A DNA stretch of 64,000 nucleotides from Leptospira sp. (GTDB lineage Bacteria; Spirochaetota; Leptospiria; Leptospirales; Leptospiraceae), in the NCBI GenBank assembly GCA_034439575.1, contig JAWXAQ010000016.1, positions 160,001 through 224,000 on the forward strand, given 5' to 3'. Below, one piece after another: positions 9,442-18,306 of the stretch. Under the pieces are notes generated by a model. That model had not been told where the DNA came from. It did not search any database and worked only from the letters and a program-made list of their open reading frames with translations. Numbering within the stretch: position 1 is the first letter of the stretch; every line of letters starts with the position of its first letter. The translations under genes and the position numbers were made by a program.

Positions 9442-10720
9442 AATTATATCCTATAAAAAAATTCGTCACAGTAAAGTAACGAGAGGATCTTTCTCCATTT
9501 CCGTCTGCTTCATATACAGCAGATGTTTTGTACCAGTCTATGATCGCGGAGGACAAAGAATCCCCGACCGCCGTAAAACGCGGTGTTTGTGACTCGTTTA
9601 CGATCCAAGAATAACCTGTCACCTTTGACCCAAAACTAAACCGGTGATTTTGCATTAATAATAAAGATACAACAGCCGTCGCATCAGCTCCACCAACTGT
9701 CATAGGTGCAGGGTGATCCGATTCTATTTTGTACATTTGGGATCCCTGTATGCGATTGCCAAAACTATCTATACCACCTTCTCTCATGAATCGTCTTTCA
9801 TACATTAAAGACGCAACCGGTGTATAAAATAAATCAGATCCGAGTTCTATGCGACCAAAATCCATAATCGGAACGTAAAACCGAAATCCAGTACTCGGTG
9901 CGAGGAACTTTCCAGTTTCTTTTAAGTCCCCCGTTTGGTTTAAGGTTGGGGATAAAAAAGAAGACTCCGTTTTCCAACCACCTGCCCTAATCCCAAAATC
10001 CCAAGAAAACCATAATAATTTATCGACTTTTTCATGGATTTTGACCGCCAAACGGTGGTCATTCATGTGAAAGCTAGATTGGTATTTTGCAAATTGGAAA
10101 CCAAGGCCATAAGCATTGTGGTCGTAGGCACCGTTTATCGGTGTATTAGAATATTCAATACTCCACTTTCTGTTTTCTGCCATAAAAGTAATTTGTAAAC
10201 TTGGAATGGCACCATCTTTTGATCGAATCCGTTTGGGACCTTCTATCAATGGCAATACGGACTGATTTTGGTAGCCCAAATAATTTCTCGGCATATAAAA
10301 ACTTCCAGCCTGAATCGCAGTCTCTGGTGAGTCAAAGAGCCAGTCCTGCCCTGAACGAAAATCGCCGTTCGAAAGATTCCCACGAAAACCGACTTCCCAA
10401 AATCCTTTTAATAGAACTTTTGTCCCCGAGTCAAACGGTTGCAATACGGGGGGCTCATTATTTCCTGTTTGGTATTCAAATGGCTTGGGTCGTGCAAAGT
10501 TATTTTTCCTAATTTGTAAAAGCTGGGTGCGTTTGAAATCGGCTTGGTCTTTTTTTCCTTCTTTTTCTAGAACTTCTATTTCTTGTTCCAAACGAATCGC
10601 TTCGACTTCTTGGCCAAAAGCAGGAGAAGAAATTGTTAAACTTAAAACAAAAATTAAGCCAAAAACAATTATTTCCCAACAACTAACAAATATGTGATTG
10701 GTAAAGAATTGTTTCGCCAT
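9431..10720 (-). CDS. Hypothetical exported protein, probable outer-membrane beta-barrel
   Basis: Signal peptide (AFG/Q), alternating beta-strand pattern, C-terminal GYNYVF. Likely start is ATG 10720, just after the speE stop. Confidence 0.6.
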   Translation of the reverse strand: MAKQFFTNHIFVSCWEIIVFGLIFVLSLTISSPAFGQEVEAIRLEQEIEVLEKEGKKDQADFKRTQLLQIRKNNFARPKPFEYQTGNNEPPVLQPFDSGTKVLLKGFWEVGFRGNLSNGDFRSGQDWLFDSPETAIQAGSFYMPRNYLGYQNQSVLPLIEGPKRIRSKDGAIPSLQITFMAENRKWSIEYSNTPINGAYDHNAYGLGFQFAKYQSSFHMNDHRLAVKIHEKVDKLLWFSWDFGIRAGGWKTESSFLSPTLNQTGDLKETGKFLAPSTGFRFYVPIMDFGRIELGSDLFYTPVASLMYERRFMREGGIDSFGNRIQGSQMYKIESDHPAPMTVGGADATAVVSLLLMQNHRFSFGSKVTGYSWIVNESQTPRFTAVGDSLSSAIIDWYKTSAVYEADGNGERSSRYFTVTNFFIGYNYVF

Positions 10721-10727
10721 GTTTGTG

Positions 10728-11573
10728 TTATCCTTTTCTCTTGATAAAAGCCTTCGCAAATTCTGGCAAGACAAAAGCGGATTTGTGCATCTCAGGGCTA
10801 TAATATTTTAATCCTTTCGGCAAACGACTGACATCTGGTGTAATGCTATATGGATCTATCGTATTTGACATAAAAGTAAAGCCTATGATTCCAGAAGGAT
10901 AACTTGGTATCGTTGTATAATAATATCCGTATTCAGGGAATATCTTTGGGATAAATTCAAATAAGGAAGTGATCACATCCCCATGGTACCAAAAAGATTC
11001 CGCTTGGGTGGCAATGATACCTGTCTTTGTTAAAGCACCAGCCATATCTCTAAAGAATGGTTCTTTAAATAATACTTCTGCAGGTCCCACAGGATCACTG
11101 GAATCTACTAGAATGACATCAAACCTACCTTTGTTTTCCCGAGCAAACTTTGCACCATCATCATAATAATGGATCACTTTTTTGTCTTTCATGGCATCCG
11201 CACATTCTGGGAAATATTTATAACTGATATCAACGACGGCTTTATCGATTTCGCAAAGTACTACTTCTTTGACCGATGGATGTTTCAAAACCTCTCTTAC
11301 CGTTCCACCGTCACCTCCGCCAATCACTAACACGGATTGAGGATTGGGATGACTCATCATCGGAACATGGGCAATCATCTCATGATAAGAATGTTCATCC
11401 TTGTTTGTTACCATAGTGACACCATCAAGTGTGAACATTCGTCCAAAGGCCTGGGTTTCAAAAATGTCTATTTTTTGAAACGGAGAGGTAAGACTCTCCA
11501 ATGTTTTTGTAACTCGGTAGCTGACCGCCCGTCCTTTCTCAATTTCCAATTTTTCTGTGTACCAAATCTCCAT
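10728..11573 (-). CDS. speE: Polyamine aminopropyltransferase (spermidine synthase)
   Basis: LDG...YHEM, VLVIGGGDGG, CEID and DSSDP motifs. Confidence 0.95.
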   Translation of the reverse strand: MEIWYTEKLEIEKGRAVSYRVTKTLESLTSPFQKIDIFETQAFGRMFTLDGVTMVTNKDEHSYHEMIAHVPMMSHPNPQSVLVIGGGDGGTVREVLKHPSVKEVVLCEIDKAVVDISYKYFPECADAMKDKKVIHYYDDGAKFARENKGRFDVILVDSSDPVGPAEVLFKEPFFRDMAGALTKTGIIATQAESFWYHGDVITSLFEFIPKIFPEYGYYYTTIPSYPSGIIGFTFMSNTIDPYSITPDVSRLPKGLKYYSPEMHKSAFVLPEFAKAFIKRKG

Positions 11574-11729
11574 AATGATGCTCCGAGCCTTATAACTTTA
11601 ATTTATGTCAGCTTGAAGCGATGCATCCAGAAGTGTAGTTTTTTTTCGGAACTAAAAAAGTACTTTCCAGAATCATTTTCTCGGTTAGAGTTTTGCGAGT
11701 TTTAATCATAGCGATCTAAAGGAGAAACA

Positions 11730-12842
11730 ATGCTCGGAAATTTAACAGAAAGTTTAAAGGGGACGGTTGGTGGTGTCGTGCTACTGATTGCATCTTTTCC
11801 TATTTTATTCAACAATGAAGGCTGTGCCGTAGACATTGCTAAGGGTTTGGAAGAAGGCTCCGGACAAGTTGTGAGCATTGATCCTACAAAAAGTATCTCC
11901 GCTTTTAATGGAAAATTGATACATGCCACTGGAGATACAAAAGCCAGTGCTAAAATCTCCGATGCAGAGTTTGGTGTTGAAGTCGCGGCATTAGTTCTAG
12001 ATAGAAATGTTGAGATGTACCAATGGCGCGAAAATACTAAAGAGGACAAAGACAAAAAGGCAGAAAAAACTTATACTTATGAAAAGGAATGGTCGAGTTC
12101 AGAAATTAATTCAAATCAATTTAACGATCCGAAAGATCATTCCAATCCACCTATGCCTTACGAGGATAAGGTGATTCGTCCAAATGATGTATCTCTTGGG
12201 AACCTAAAATTTTCTGATGCTTTGATCGCATCGATTTCCGCTAACGATGATTTAACTTATGACCAGGGAAGTATCAATCGTTTTAAATCAAAATTTGGAA
12301 ACAAAGCAAAAGTTCATGATGGTGGCATTTATATAGGAAACAATCCACTTTCTCCTGAAATTGGTGATATCAAAATCAAACACAAAGTTTCTATGGAAGG
12401 CACAACATCCATTATTGGTCTGTTAAATGGTAGCACGGTAAATTCCTACAAAACCAAAAGAGATACAAGCATACTCATGTTTGATTTTGGTTCCAAAGAT
12501 GCTGTGACCATGTTCCAAGAAGCCCAAGATGCCAATGTCACAAGAACTTGGATTGTCCGAGTACTTGGATTTTTAGTTATGTTTTTCGGCTTTCGTCTGT
12601 TATTTGGTCCTATTGCCGCGGCTGGCGGTTGGATCCCGATTCTTGGCGGTATTTTGGAAATGGGAGTTTCACTTGTGGCGGGAATTTTAGCTTTTTCTCT
12701 TTCCTTTGTCACGATTGCGATTGCATGGATATTTTTCCGTCCCTTACTCGGAATCAGTTTACTCGTATTAGGTGTAGGAGCATTTGTTTATCTTTACTCA
12801 CAAAAAGGTAAATTTAGCCAAAATCCAAAACCTCAGACGTAA
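11730..12842 (+). CDS. TMEM43/DUF1625 family membrane protein
   Basis: LFNNEG, RNVEMYQWRE, PEIGDIKI motifs; C-terminal TM helices ending IAWIFFRP; RBS AAGGAG. Confidence 0.85.
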   Translation: MLGNLTESLKGTVGGVVLLIASFPILFNNEGCAVDIAKGLEEGSGQVVSIDPTKSISAFNGKLIHATGDTKASAKISDAEFGVEVAALVLDRNVEMYQWRENTKEDKDKKAEKTYTYEKEWSSSEINSNQFNDPKDHSNPPMPYEDKVIRPNDVSLGNLKFSDALIASISANDDLTYDQGSINRFKSKFGNKAKVHDGGIYIGNNPLSPEIGDIKIKHKVSMEGTTSIIGLLNGSTVNSYKTKRDTSILMFDFGSKDAVTMFQEAQDANVTRTWIVRVLGFLVMFFGFRLLFGPIAAAGGWIPILGGILEMGVSLVAGILAFSLSFVTIAIAWIFFRPLLGISLLVLGVGAFVYLYSQKGKFSQNPKPQT

Positions 12843-12855
12843 ATATTTTAATATC

Positions 12856-12889
12856 GAAGGGATTCTGGTCTTAGTATCGGAATCCTTTC
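12856..12889 (+). terminator. Probable intrinsic terminator
   Basis: 14-bp stem GAAGGGATTCTGGT/ATCGGAATCCTTTC (G-U pairs allowed) followed by CTATTTT. Confidence 0.55.
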
Positions 12890-12981
12890 CTATTTTCGAA
12901 TTGGCAGGGTCCCCATAGTCTATCAAATAGTTTTTAGCGATATAAATTGCAAAATCCTATCATGACGACAATGCGGACTAT

Positions 12982-13431
12982 ATGAAAAAATACTATAAAG
13001 TATATTATCTCATCGGATTCCTTTCGATGCCCCTCTTTATCTTACTCCTTGTTTACGGTTATATTTTTTTAAACCAATTGGCAAGTGAAAGCCTCTACTG
13101 GGGTCATAACAAATCCTTCGCTTTTTCCCAGGCCCAAAGAGAAGGGAAATTGATATTACTCTCTGTGACCAAAAAAAGATGCGATGGAATGTATGGCCTC
13201 GAATGCGGGGAAGGAAAACCTGATCTCGGAGCCTACGTGCTTTTGAATCTTGTCCCTTCTGACCAAGACTTTAGCTCCATGATGACAGATGATCGCTTTG
13301 AAGAATTAAAAACGGGCGAATTGCCAAGGTACTTCCTATTAAACACTACCGGTGAAATTCGATATTCTTCCAAAGAACTACCCAGCGTTCAAGAAATGAA
13401 AACACTGCCGAAAGAAGAAAAATCTCCTTGA
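12982..13431 (+). CDS. Membrane-anchored hypothetical protein, degenerate thioredoxin-like fold
   Basis: N-terminal TM; 'AFSQAQREGKLILL..C' and 'LPRYFLLNTTGEI' resemble thioredoxin-like domains, but there is no CxxC. Confidence 0.55.
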   Translation: MKKYYKVYYLIGFLSMPLFILLLVYGYIFLNQLASESLYWGHNKSFAFSQAQREGKLILLSVTKKRCDGMYGLECGEGKPDLGAYVLLNLVPSDQDFSSMMTDDRFEELKTGELPRYFLLNTTGEIRYSSKELPSVQEMKTLPKEEKSP

Positions 13432-13435
13432 CCAC

Positions 13436-13451
13436 ATACCCCATGGGGTAT
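13436..13451. promoter_or_regulatory. CsoR/RcnR-family-type operator palindrome upstream of the DUF302 gene
   Basis: Perfect 16-bp palindrome ATACCCCATGGGGTAT, just after a TTGACC -35-like hexamer (13428-13433). Confidence 0.7.
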
Positions 13452-13476
13452 CTCTGGAAATCAGAGGTTCCCCATC

Positions 13477-13860
13477 ATGAACTACGGCTTCTCCAAAACC
13501 ACAAATGATTCTTTCTCAAATACGATTTCGAAAGTCACAGAGGCTTTAAAAAAAGAAGGATTTGGCGTTCTGACTACGATCGATGTGAAAGACACATTGA
13601 AAAAAAAGATCGATGTGGATTTTAAAAATTATACCATACTCGGAGCTTGTAATCCAAAATTAGCACATGCAGGTTTGTTAGCTGAAGAGGAACTCGGTTT
13701 ATTACTTCCCTGTAATGTGATTGTTTATGAAAAAGAAGGCAAAACGGTAGTCTCCATTTTTGATCCTATGATCATGACTCAAGTGATCAACAATTCCAAA
13801 ATGGATGCGATCGCTACAGAAGTGAAAGCCAAACTAGAACGAGTCTTAGCTGACATTTAA
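13477..13860 (+). CDS. DUF302 family protein
   Basis: LKKEGFGVL..IDV, YTILGACNP and GLLLPCNV motifs. Confidence 0.92.
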   Translation: MNYGFSKTTNDSFSNTISKVTEALKKEGFGVLTTIDVKDTLKKKIDVDFKNYTILGACNPKLAHAGLLAEEELGLLLPCNVIVYEKEGKTVVSIFDPMIMTQVINNSKMDAIATEVKAKLERVLADI

Positions 13861-13897
13861 GTGGATCAATTAGTCTTTTCGAAAAATTTCCTTCAGA

Positions 13898-14035
13898 GCG
13901 CCTCGCCAATGGATTCCCCTTTTCGCAAACTTTCCATTAGGCGATCCCGCTATCCGCTACAATCTTTCTGGAATGATTTGACTTATTAAAAATTTTATTC
14001 AAACCAGAAAGGATTTCCGCTTCTATCGGTGGCGC
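13898..14035. repeat. Structured multi-stem intergenic element (candidate interspersed repeat or ncRNA)
   Basis: Nested complementary pairs GCGCC/GGCGC, TCGCC-AATGGA/TCCATT-AGGCGA and AATCTTTCTGG/CCAGAAAGGATT; TCCGCT occurs on both sides of an internal loop. Confidence 0.55.
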
Positions 14036-14143
14036 AGGATTTTTGTAATATATAGAATTTTTTCCTCTCCAAGCTGTCACAAACCTCCCTTTCTTGGGTA
14101 TCCTATATAAAGGAAAAAAATCCTTTTGAAGGAGAAACCAATT

Positions 14144-14497
14144 ATGTTAGAAAGTTTAAAAGTACAAGGCCAAGATTTACTCACCCTGGAAAGTTTACCC
14201 CAATCAACAGCAATTGAAATTGCAATGGTGGAATGTGGAAACGAGAATATGGAAACATACCACCAGATGCGCTCGTTGATGTTACCACTTTTACAAACCC
14301 AGCCAGGATTCCTAGCATGGCGAGCCTTTAAGTCCATCACAAAGGATGGAATTATGATGGATCTTTTGTACTGGGAAAGTGTAGAAGATTGTCATAAAGC
14401 AGGAGAAAATCTTCAAAATTCAGAAACGGGGAAAAAGTTTTTCGCATTGATGAAACAAACCTTGGTCTTTGAAATGTTCGAACGACAAGCACTCTAA
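14144..14497 (+). CDS. Antibiotic-biosynthesis-monooxygenase-like (dimeric alpha/beta barrel) protein
   Basis: QPGFLAWR and YWESVED motifs; RBS GGAG before ATG 14144. Confidence 0.65.
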   Translation: MLESLKVQGQDLLTLESLPQSTAIEIAMVECGNENMETYHQMRSLMLPLLQTQPGFLAWRAFKSITKDGIMMDLLYWESVEDCHKAGENLQNSETGKKFFALMKQTLVFEMFERQAL

Positions 14498-15342
14498 TGA
14501 ATACCAGTAAACTAGATGAAATCCAACTAGTAGAAAAGGCACGGACGGGAGACCGCCGTGCTTTAGAATCCCTACTCTCAAATGTCCAAACTTGGATTTA
14601 CAATGTCATTCGTCGGATCCTATTGAATCCACAAGAATCAGAAGATGCCACACAGGAAGTCCTTTTAAAAATCGCAACAAATCTTGCAGCATACGATTCA
14701 ACACGAGCCAGTTTCAGAACTTGGGCGTATCGGATTGCCGTCAATCACGCGTTAAATGGCAAAAGGGGACGTTTAGAAGAAATTACGACTGGGTTTTCTG
14801 GTTATGCCAAAGAACTAAAGGGTATGCCAGATATAGAAATTCCAACTAACGAACTATCAAACCCAGAAAATGTAATTTTAGTGGCTGAAGCAAAAGCCTC
14901 ATGTACTTTGGGAATGTTACTTTGTTTGGATAGAGAGCAAAGGATCACATTGATACTTGGCGATCTAATGGGACTTAGTGATAAGGAAAGTGCAGATTTA
15001 CTTGGAATTTCAAATGAATCTTTTCGGAAAAGACTCAGCAGAGCTCGCAAAGATTTGTATACGTTTATGGATGATCAGTGCGGATTAATAAATGAAAAAA
15101 ATCCCTGCCGTTGTTCTAAAAAAATGAAAAGTTTTCAAAACAATGGTTGGATAGATCCAAAGATTCCTCGATTTTCTATGCCCCATGTCAGAAGATTAAA
15201 AGAACAAATGAGTCAAATCCATTGTGAATACGAAGAATTTCGAAGGTTAGATTACCAGGAAATCTTTAGGGACCATCCATATTTCGAAACCCCTTCCAAA
15301 ATTTTAGAAGAGATGTTAGCCAAATATAGCCCTACAAATTAA
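14497..15342 (+). CDS. ECF RNA polymerase sigma factor with Cys-rich C-terminal extension
   Basis: Region 2 (EDATQEV, FRTWAYRIAVN), region 4 (LLGIS...KRLSRAR) and a CGLINEKNPCRC tail. Confidence 0.9.
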   Translation: MNTSKLDEIQLVEKARTGDRRALESLLSNVQTWIYNVIRRILLNPQESEDATQEVLLKIATNLAAYDSTRASFRTWAYRIAVNHALNGKRGRLEEITTGFSGYAKELKGMPDIEIPTNELSNPENVILVAEAKASCTLGMLLCLDREQRITLILGDLMGLSDKESADLLGISNESFRKRLSRARKDLYTFMDDQCGLINEKNPCRCSKKMKSFQNNGWIDPKIPRFSMPHVRRLKEQMSQIHCEYEEFRRLDYQEIFRDHPYFETPSKILEEMLAKYSPTN

Positions 15343-15346
15343 AATA

Positions 15347-16234
15347 TTAATTCGTTGCCGTCTTAGCTAATTTCTTAGTTCGCATAACTTCCATTATGGC
15401 GCAAAATAAAATGATACCCCCTCCGAGCCAAAGACGCTCTGGAGGTATTTCATTTAAAAAAAACCAAGCAGATAAAATTCCATAAAAAGGACTAATGGTG
15501 GAAAAAATTCCAGCGGTCACAACGCTTAGTTTTGAAAAACTGCGAATCCATAATGTGTGCGCAAAAGCAGTGAACAATCCTGCAAGTAAAATCTGATACA
15601 AAAGGTAAGTGGGATTTGTCATCATAGCAACCAAACCTTCAGAAAAAGGTATTAGAATGAGAGATGTCGCAAACAATTGCAAACAAAGTAAATGAGCACT
15701 CGAATAATGAATATGCATTTCCTTTGTCAAAATATTTCGCAAAGAATAAAGCACTGCAGAAACTAAACCCCAAATGACTCCTTGAAACGAAGAATCTTCC
15801 CAATGAAAACTGGGTATGATGATCGCCAAACCAAAAAACGCAAATAGAGCAAGTACAAACGAAAAGGGATCAACTCGATTCCCACTAAAAATGGGTTCTA
15901 AAATGGCTGTAAAAACGGGATAGGTAAACAAAGACAACATACCGATTGCCACTGTAGAAACTTGGATGGAATGAAAGTATGTCGCCCAATGAACACCAAA
16001 CAACACTCCAATTCCAATGATTTTTAAAAAATCTTTGAAAGATTTTGTTTTTAAGGACTTAGCCCGAAGTAACAGGAATAAGGCGAGAAAAATGCAGGCT
16101 ATACTCGCTCTCCCCAAGATGATGGTAGTCGCAGGGAAAGGCAGGAGTTTAGCAAACAATGTCACGTTTCCCATAATGAAAACGGACAAGTTCAATTCAA
16201 GGATCGACTGTAGGCGAGAGGAAGAAGAATTCAC
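15347..16234 (-). CDS. DMT/EamA family transporter
   Basis: About 10 TM helices in two repeats; FTYPVFT and LNEIP...GG motifs. Confidence 0.85.
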   Translation of the reverse strand: MNSSSSRLQSILELNLSVFIMGNVTLFAKLLPFPATTIILGRASIACIFLALFLLLRAKSLKTKSFKDFLKIIGIGVLFGVHWATYFHSIQVSTVAIGMLSLFTYPVFTAILEPIFSGNRVDPFSFVLALFAFFGLAIIIPSFHWEDSSFQGVIWGLVSAVLYSLRNILTKEMHIHYSSAHLLCLQLFATSLILIPFSEGLVAMMTNPTYLLYQILLAGLFTAFAHTLWIRSFSKLSVVTAGIFSTISPFYGILSAWFFLNEIPPERLWLGGGIILFCAIMEVMRTKKLAKTATN

Positions 16235-16241
16235 TTCTTCC

Positions 16242-16727
16242 TTAAGTTTCGACTCCCAAAAATTTGGCTATGGATTTTCTGTCTTTTTCCAAACTATGTT
16301 TATGGATTTCTTCTATCGCTTTTTCGACGATTGGAGAAACAAAAAGCAAACTGGATACAACATCCACATCATAACTTCTTTCCGAAGTTCCAGCACCACT
16401 TTCCTTATAAACACTTTTTCCCTTGATCACAAAAACATTGTCTTTGCCAGGAGGTGAAATCTTGAAAACATGCGTGTTAGTTGACAAATCAAAAGTGGAT
16501 TCTTCTATAAGGGATAAATCAGATAAAGCGGCTTGCAGGACCACTGGCATAGATCCGTCCAAACTGACTTTGCGTTTCTGTGTGATGATATTCCCCTCTT
16601 TTTTTTCTTCCATAAGAGTGACATTCTTTAAATCAGGAAACTGGTCTAGGTGTTTGTATCTTTCTTCTCTGGCATGTAACAACTTCTCTATAGAAACGGG
16701 GAAACTATGGGTAACGGTATACTTCAC
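16242..16727 (-). CDS. DUF2505-like (SRPBCC fold) protein
   Basis: 161 aa; overall START-like pattern with a C-terminal helix; coupled to neighbours. Confidence 0.55.
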   Translation of the reverse strand: MKYTVTHSFPVSIEKLLHAREERYKHLDQFPDLKNVTLMEEKKEGNIITQKRKVSLDGSMPVVLQAALSDLSLIEESTFDLSTNTHVFKISPPGKDNVFVIKGKSVYKESGAGTSERSYDVDVVSSLLFVSPIVEKAIEEIHKHSLEKDRKSIAKFLGVET

Positions 16728-17518
16728 TATTTTTTCTTTCCTTTTTTCTTAGCCACTGGTTTGGCCTTTTTGGCAGCTTTTTTCAGAGGTTTCTTTACTT
16801 TTTTAACATTAGAAACTTTCGCTTTTTTGACTGCTTTTTTCTTAGCTTGTGCCTTTGCTTTTGGTTTCACAGCAGGCTTTGTTTTCTTTTTGGTTGCTGC
16901 CTTGGCTTTTGGTTTAGAAGCCACATTCGCCTTAGGCTGGCTAGGTTTTTTGGTTTGAGGTTTTGATTCTTGTGTCACTTGGGCAAGCAATGCCTCATCT
17001 TCCCAATAAAAAACTTGGTCTGCAGGCAATGCCTGTTCCATGGCTCTTGCTTGTGCTTCGATCAAGGATGTATTCGCCTCACTGAAGTTAGCTAATTTTT
17101 GAAAGAGTAAATTGATTTTCGGATCTTGGAATTTGTTCCGAATCATAGCATAAAAATTTCGCGCGTCTTCGCCTTCGCGAACAGCAAGTTCCAGAGCTTT
17201 TTTTTCATCACTCTTAACTTCGACATTTTTATTTCGATCCAACTTATCCATAAGTTTAAGCATAGTTGAAGATTGGAATTTTTCTATCTCATTCAACTGT
17301 TTCAAATTCGGCAGTTCTTTTCCTTCCGCATTTTTATAAACTTCGCGAATGAACTTAATATGCTCATCACCATCTAACGCAAGTTGACTGAACAATTCAC
17401 GAATAGGGCCTTCGGGAAGTTGTTCGGATAATCTGAGATAAAATTGGAAACATTTGACTTCGTGATCAATTGCCGCAGCCACGGCTTCGATGAATGTGGT
17501 TTTTTTTAGGGACTTCAT
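16727..17518 (-). CDS. Ferritin/rubrerythrin-like protein with Lys/Ala-rich C-terminal tail
   Basis: Two rubrerythrin-like repeats (AIDHE..FY..LF.QLA..DEH; A.REGE..NFY..LFQKLA), then a roughly 75-aa K/A/P-rich tail. Confidence 0.75.
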   Translation of the reverse strand: MKSLKKTTFIEAVAAAIDHEVKCFQFYLRLSEQLPEGPIRELFSQLALDGDEHIKFIREVYKNAEGKELPNLKQLNEIEKFQSSTMLKLMDKLDRNKNVEVKSDEKKALELAVREGEDARNFYAMIRNKFQDPKINLLFQKLANFSEANTSLIEAQARAMEQALPADQVFYWEDEALLAQVTQESKPQTKKPSQPKANVASKPKAKAATKKKTKPAVKPKAKAQAKKKAVKKAKVSNVKKVKKPLKKAAKKAKPVAKKKGKKK

Positions 17519-17572
17519 GTTTAAGATTCCTTAACGGATGCGCTCATAGTCTGACGGATCCTCTTAATGTTT

Positions 17573-18241
17573 TCAAGTACTTTTCGAATTTGTGTGTTTC
17601 AATTCTTCCAAGACAGTTGCCTGAAAAATCATCACTTGGGCTAAATAATAAGTAATCATTATGAGTAAGGATGCAATGGTTCGATTCAATTCTCTATTTA
17701 AAAACATTGAGTAGGCGATGATGGAATCAGAAAGCATAAATACTAAGGCCCCAAACAAGGCCAATTGGTAAATCTTCCTATTTGCGTCTCGACTTGCCGC
17801 TCTCCATCCCATAAGGCAGATCGCCGAAATATAAACCGAAACGGGTACTAACAAATTTCCCAAATGGGAACTTAAAAAATAAAAGAATGTAAGTCCAAAA
17901 AGAAGAAAAGGTAGTGAGTATAGCCACTGTGGTTTTGAGCCCAAAGAAAAAGCATAAGCATAGATCAATTGTGCAATGAGAAAGGAACCTAAGCCAGGAA
18001 CAAAGTAACCACTACCTGGGAGTGCCAAAAAGGAATCCCCGAAGAGAGAAAAAACCAATGCGATAAGGATGAGTTTTCCTTTTTTAGCGAGGTTCGTCCA
18101 AGATTTTCCCAGAGTGAAGATAAGCAGAAGGATCGGGAGGATCTTTGAGGGTAAAAAAAGATAATTTTCGCGAGTGATCGTACAAATAACGATTAAATGC
18201 AAAACGCTAAAGATTCCAAATAAAACTATTTCTTTTGTCAT
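17573..18241 (-). CDS. YhhN/lysoplasmalogenase family membrane protein
   Basis: FSLFGDSFL, FVPGLGSFLIAQ, FMLSDSIIA and YYLAQ motifs. Likely start ATG 18241. Confidence 0.88.
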   Translation of the reverse strand: MTKEIVLFGIFSVLHLIVICTITRENYLFLPSKILPILLLIFTLGKSWTNLAKKGKLILIALVFSLFGDSFLALPGSGYFVPGLGSFLIAQLIYAYAFSLGSKPQWLYSLPFLLFGLTFFYFLSSHLGNLLVPVSVYISAICLMGWRAASRDANRKIYQLALFGALVFMLSDSIIAYSMFLNRELNRTIASLLIMITYYLAQVMIFQATVLEELKHTNSKST

Positions 18242-18306
18242 AATTCTTACTTTACAGTATGGTCTTTCATGGATTTTATCATAAGTGAAACCAAGTGTTT
18301 GATTAT

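Noticed and set aside
11574..11729. Possible SAM or polyamine riboswitch upstream of speE
   Set aside because: No recognisable SAM-I/II/V consensus or convincing stems; the region is a short divergent promoter.
14144..14200. Short duplicated LESL / GAAAGTTTA at the start of the ABM-like gene
   Set aside because: Only a 9-bp match in AT-rich sequence, which is compatible with chance.
16727..16960. Lys/Ala-rich low-complexity DNA as a mobile or tandem repeat
   Set aside because: The repeats are imperfect at the nucleotide level and in frame with the ferritin-like gene. I treated it as a protein tail (see findings).
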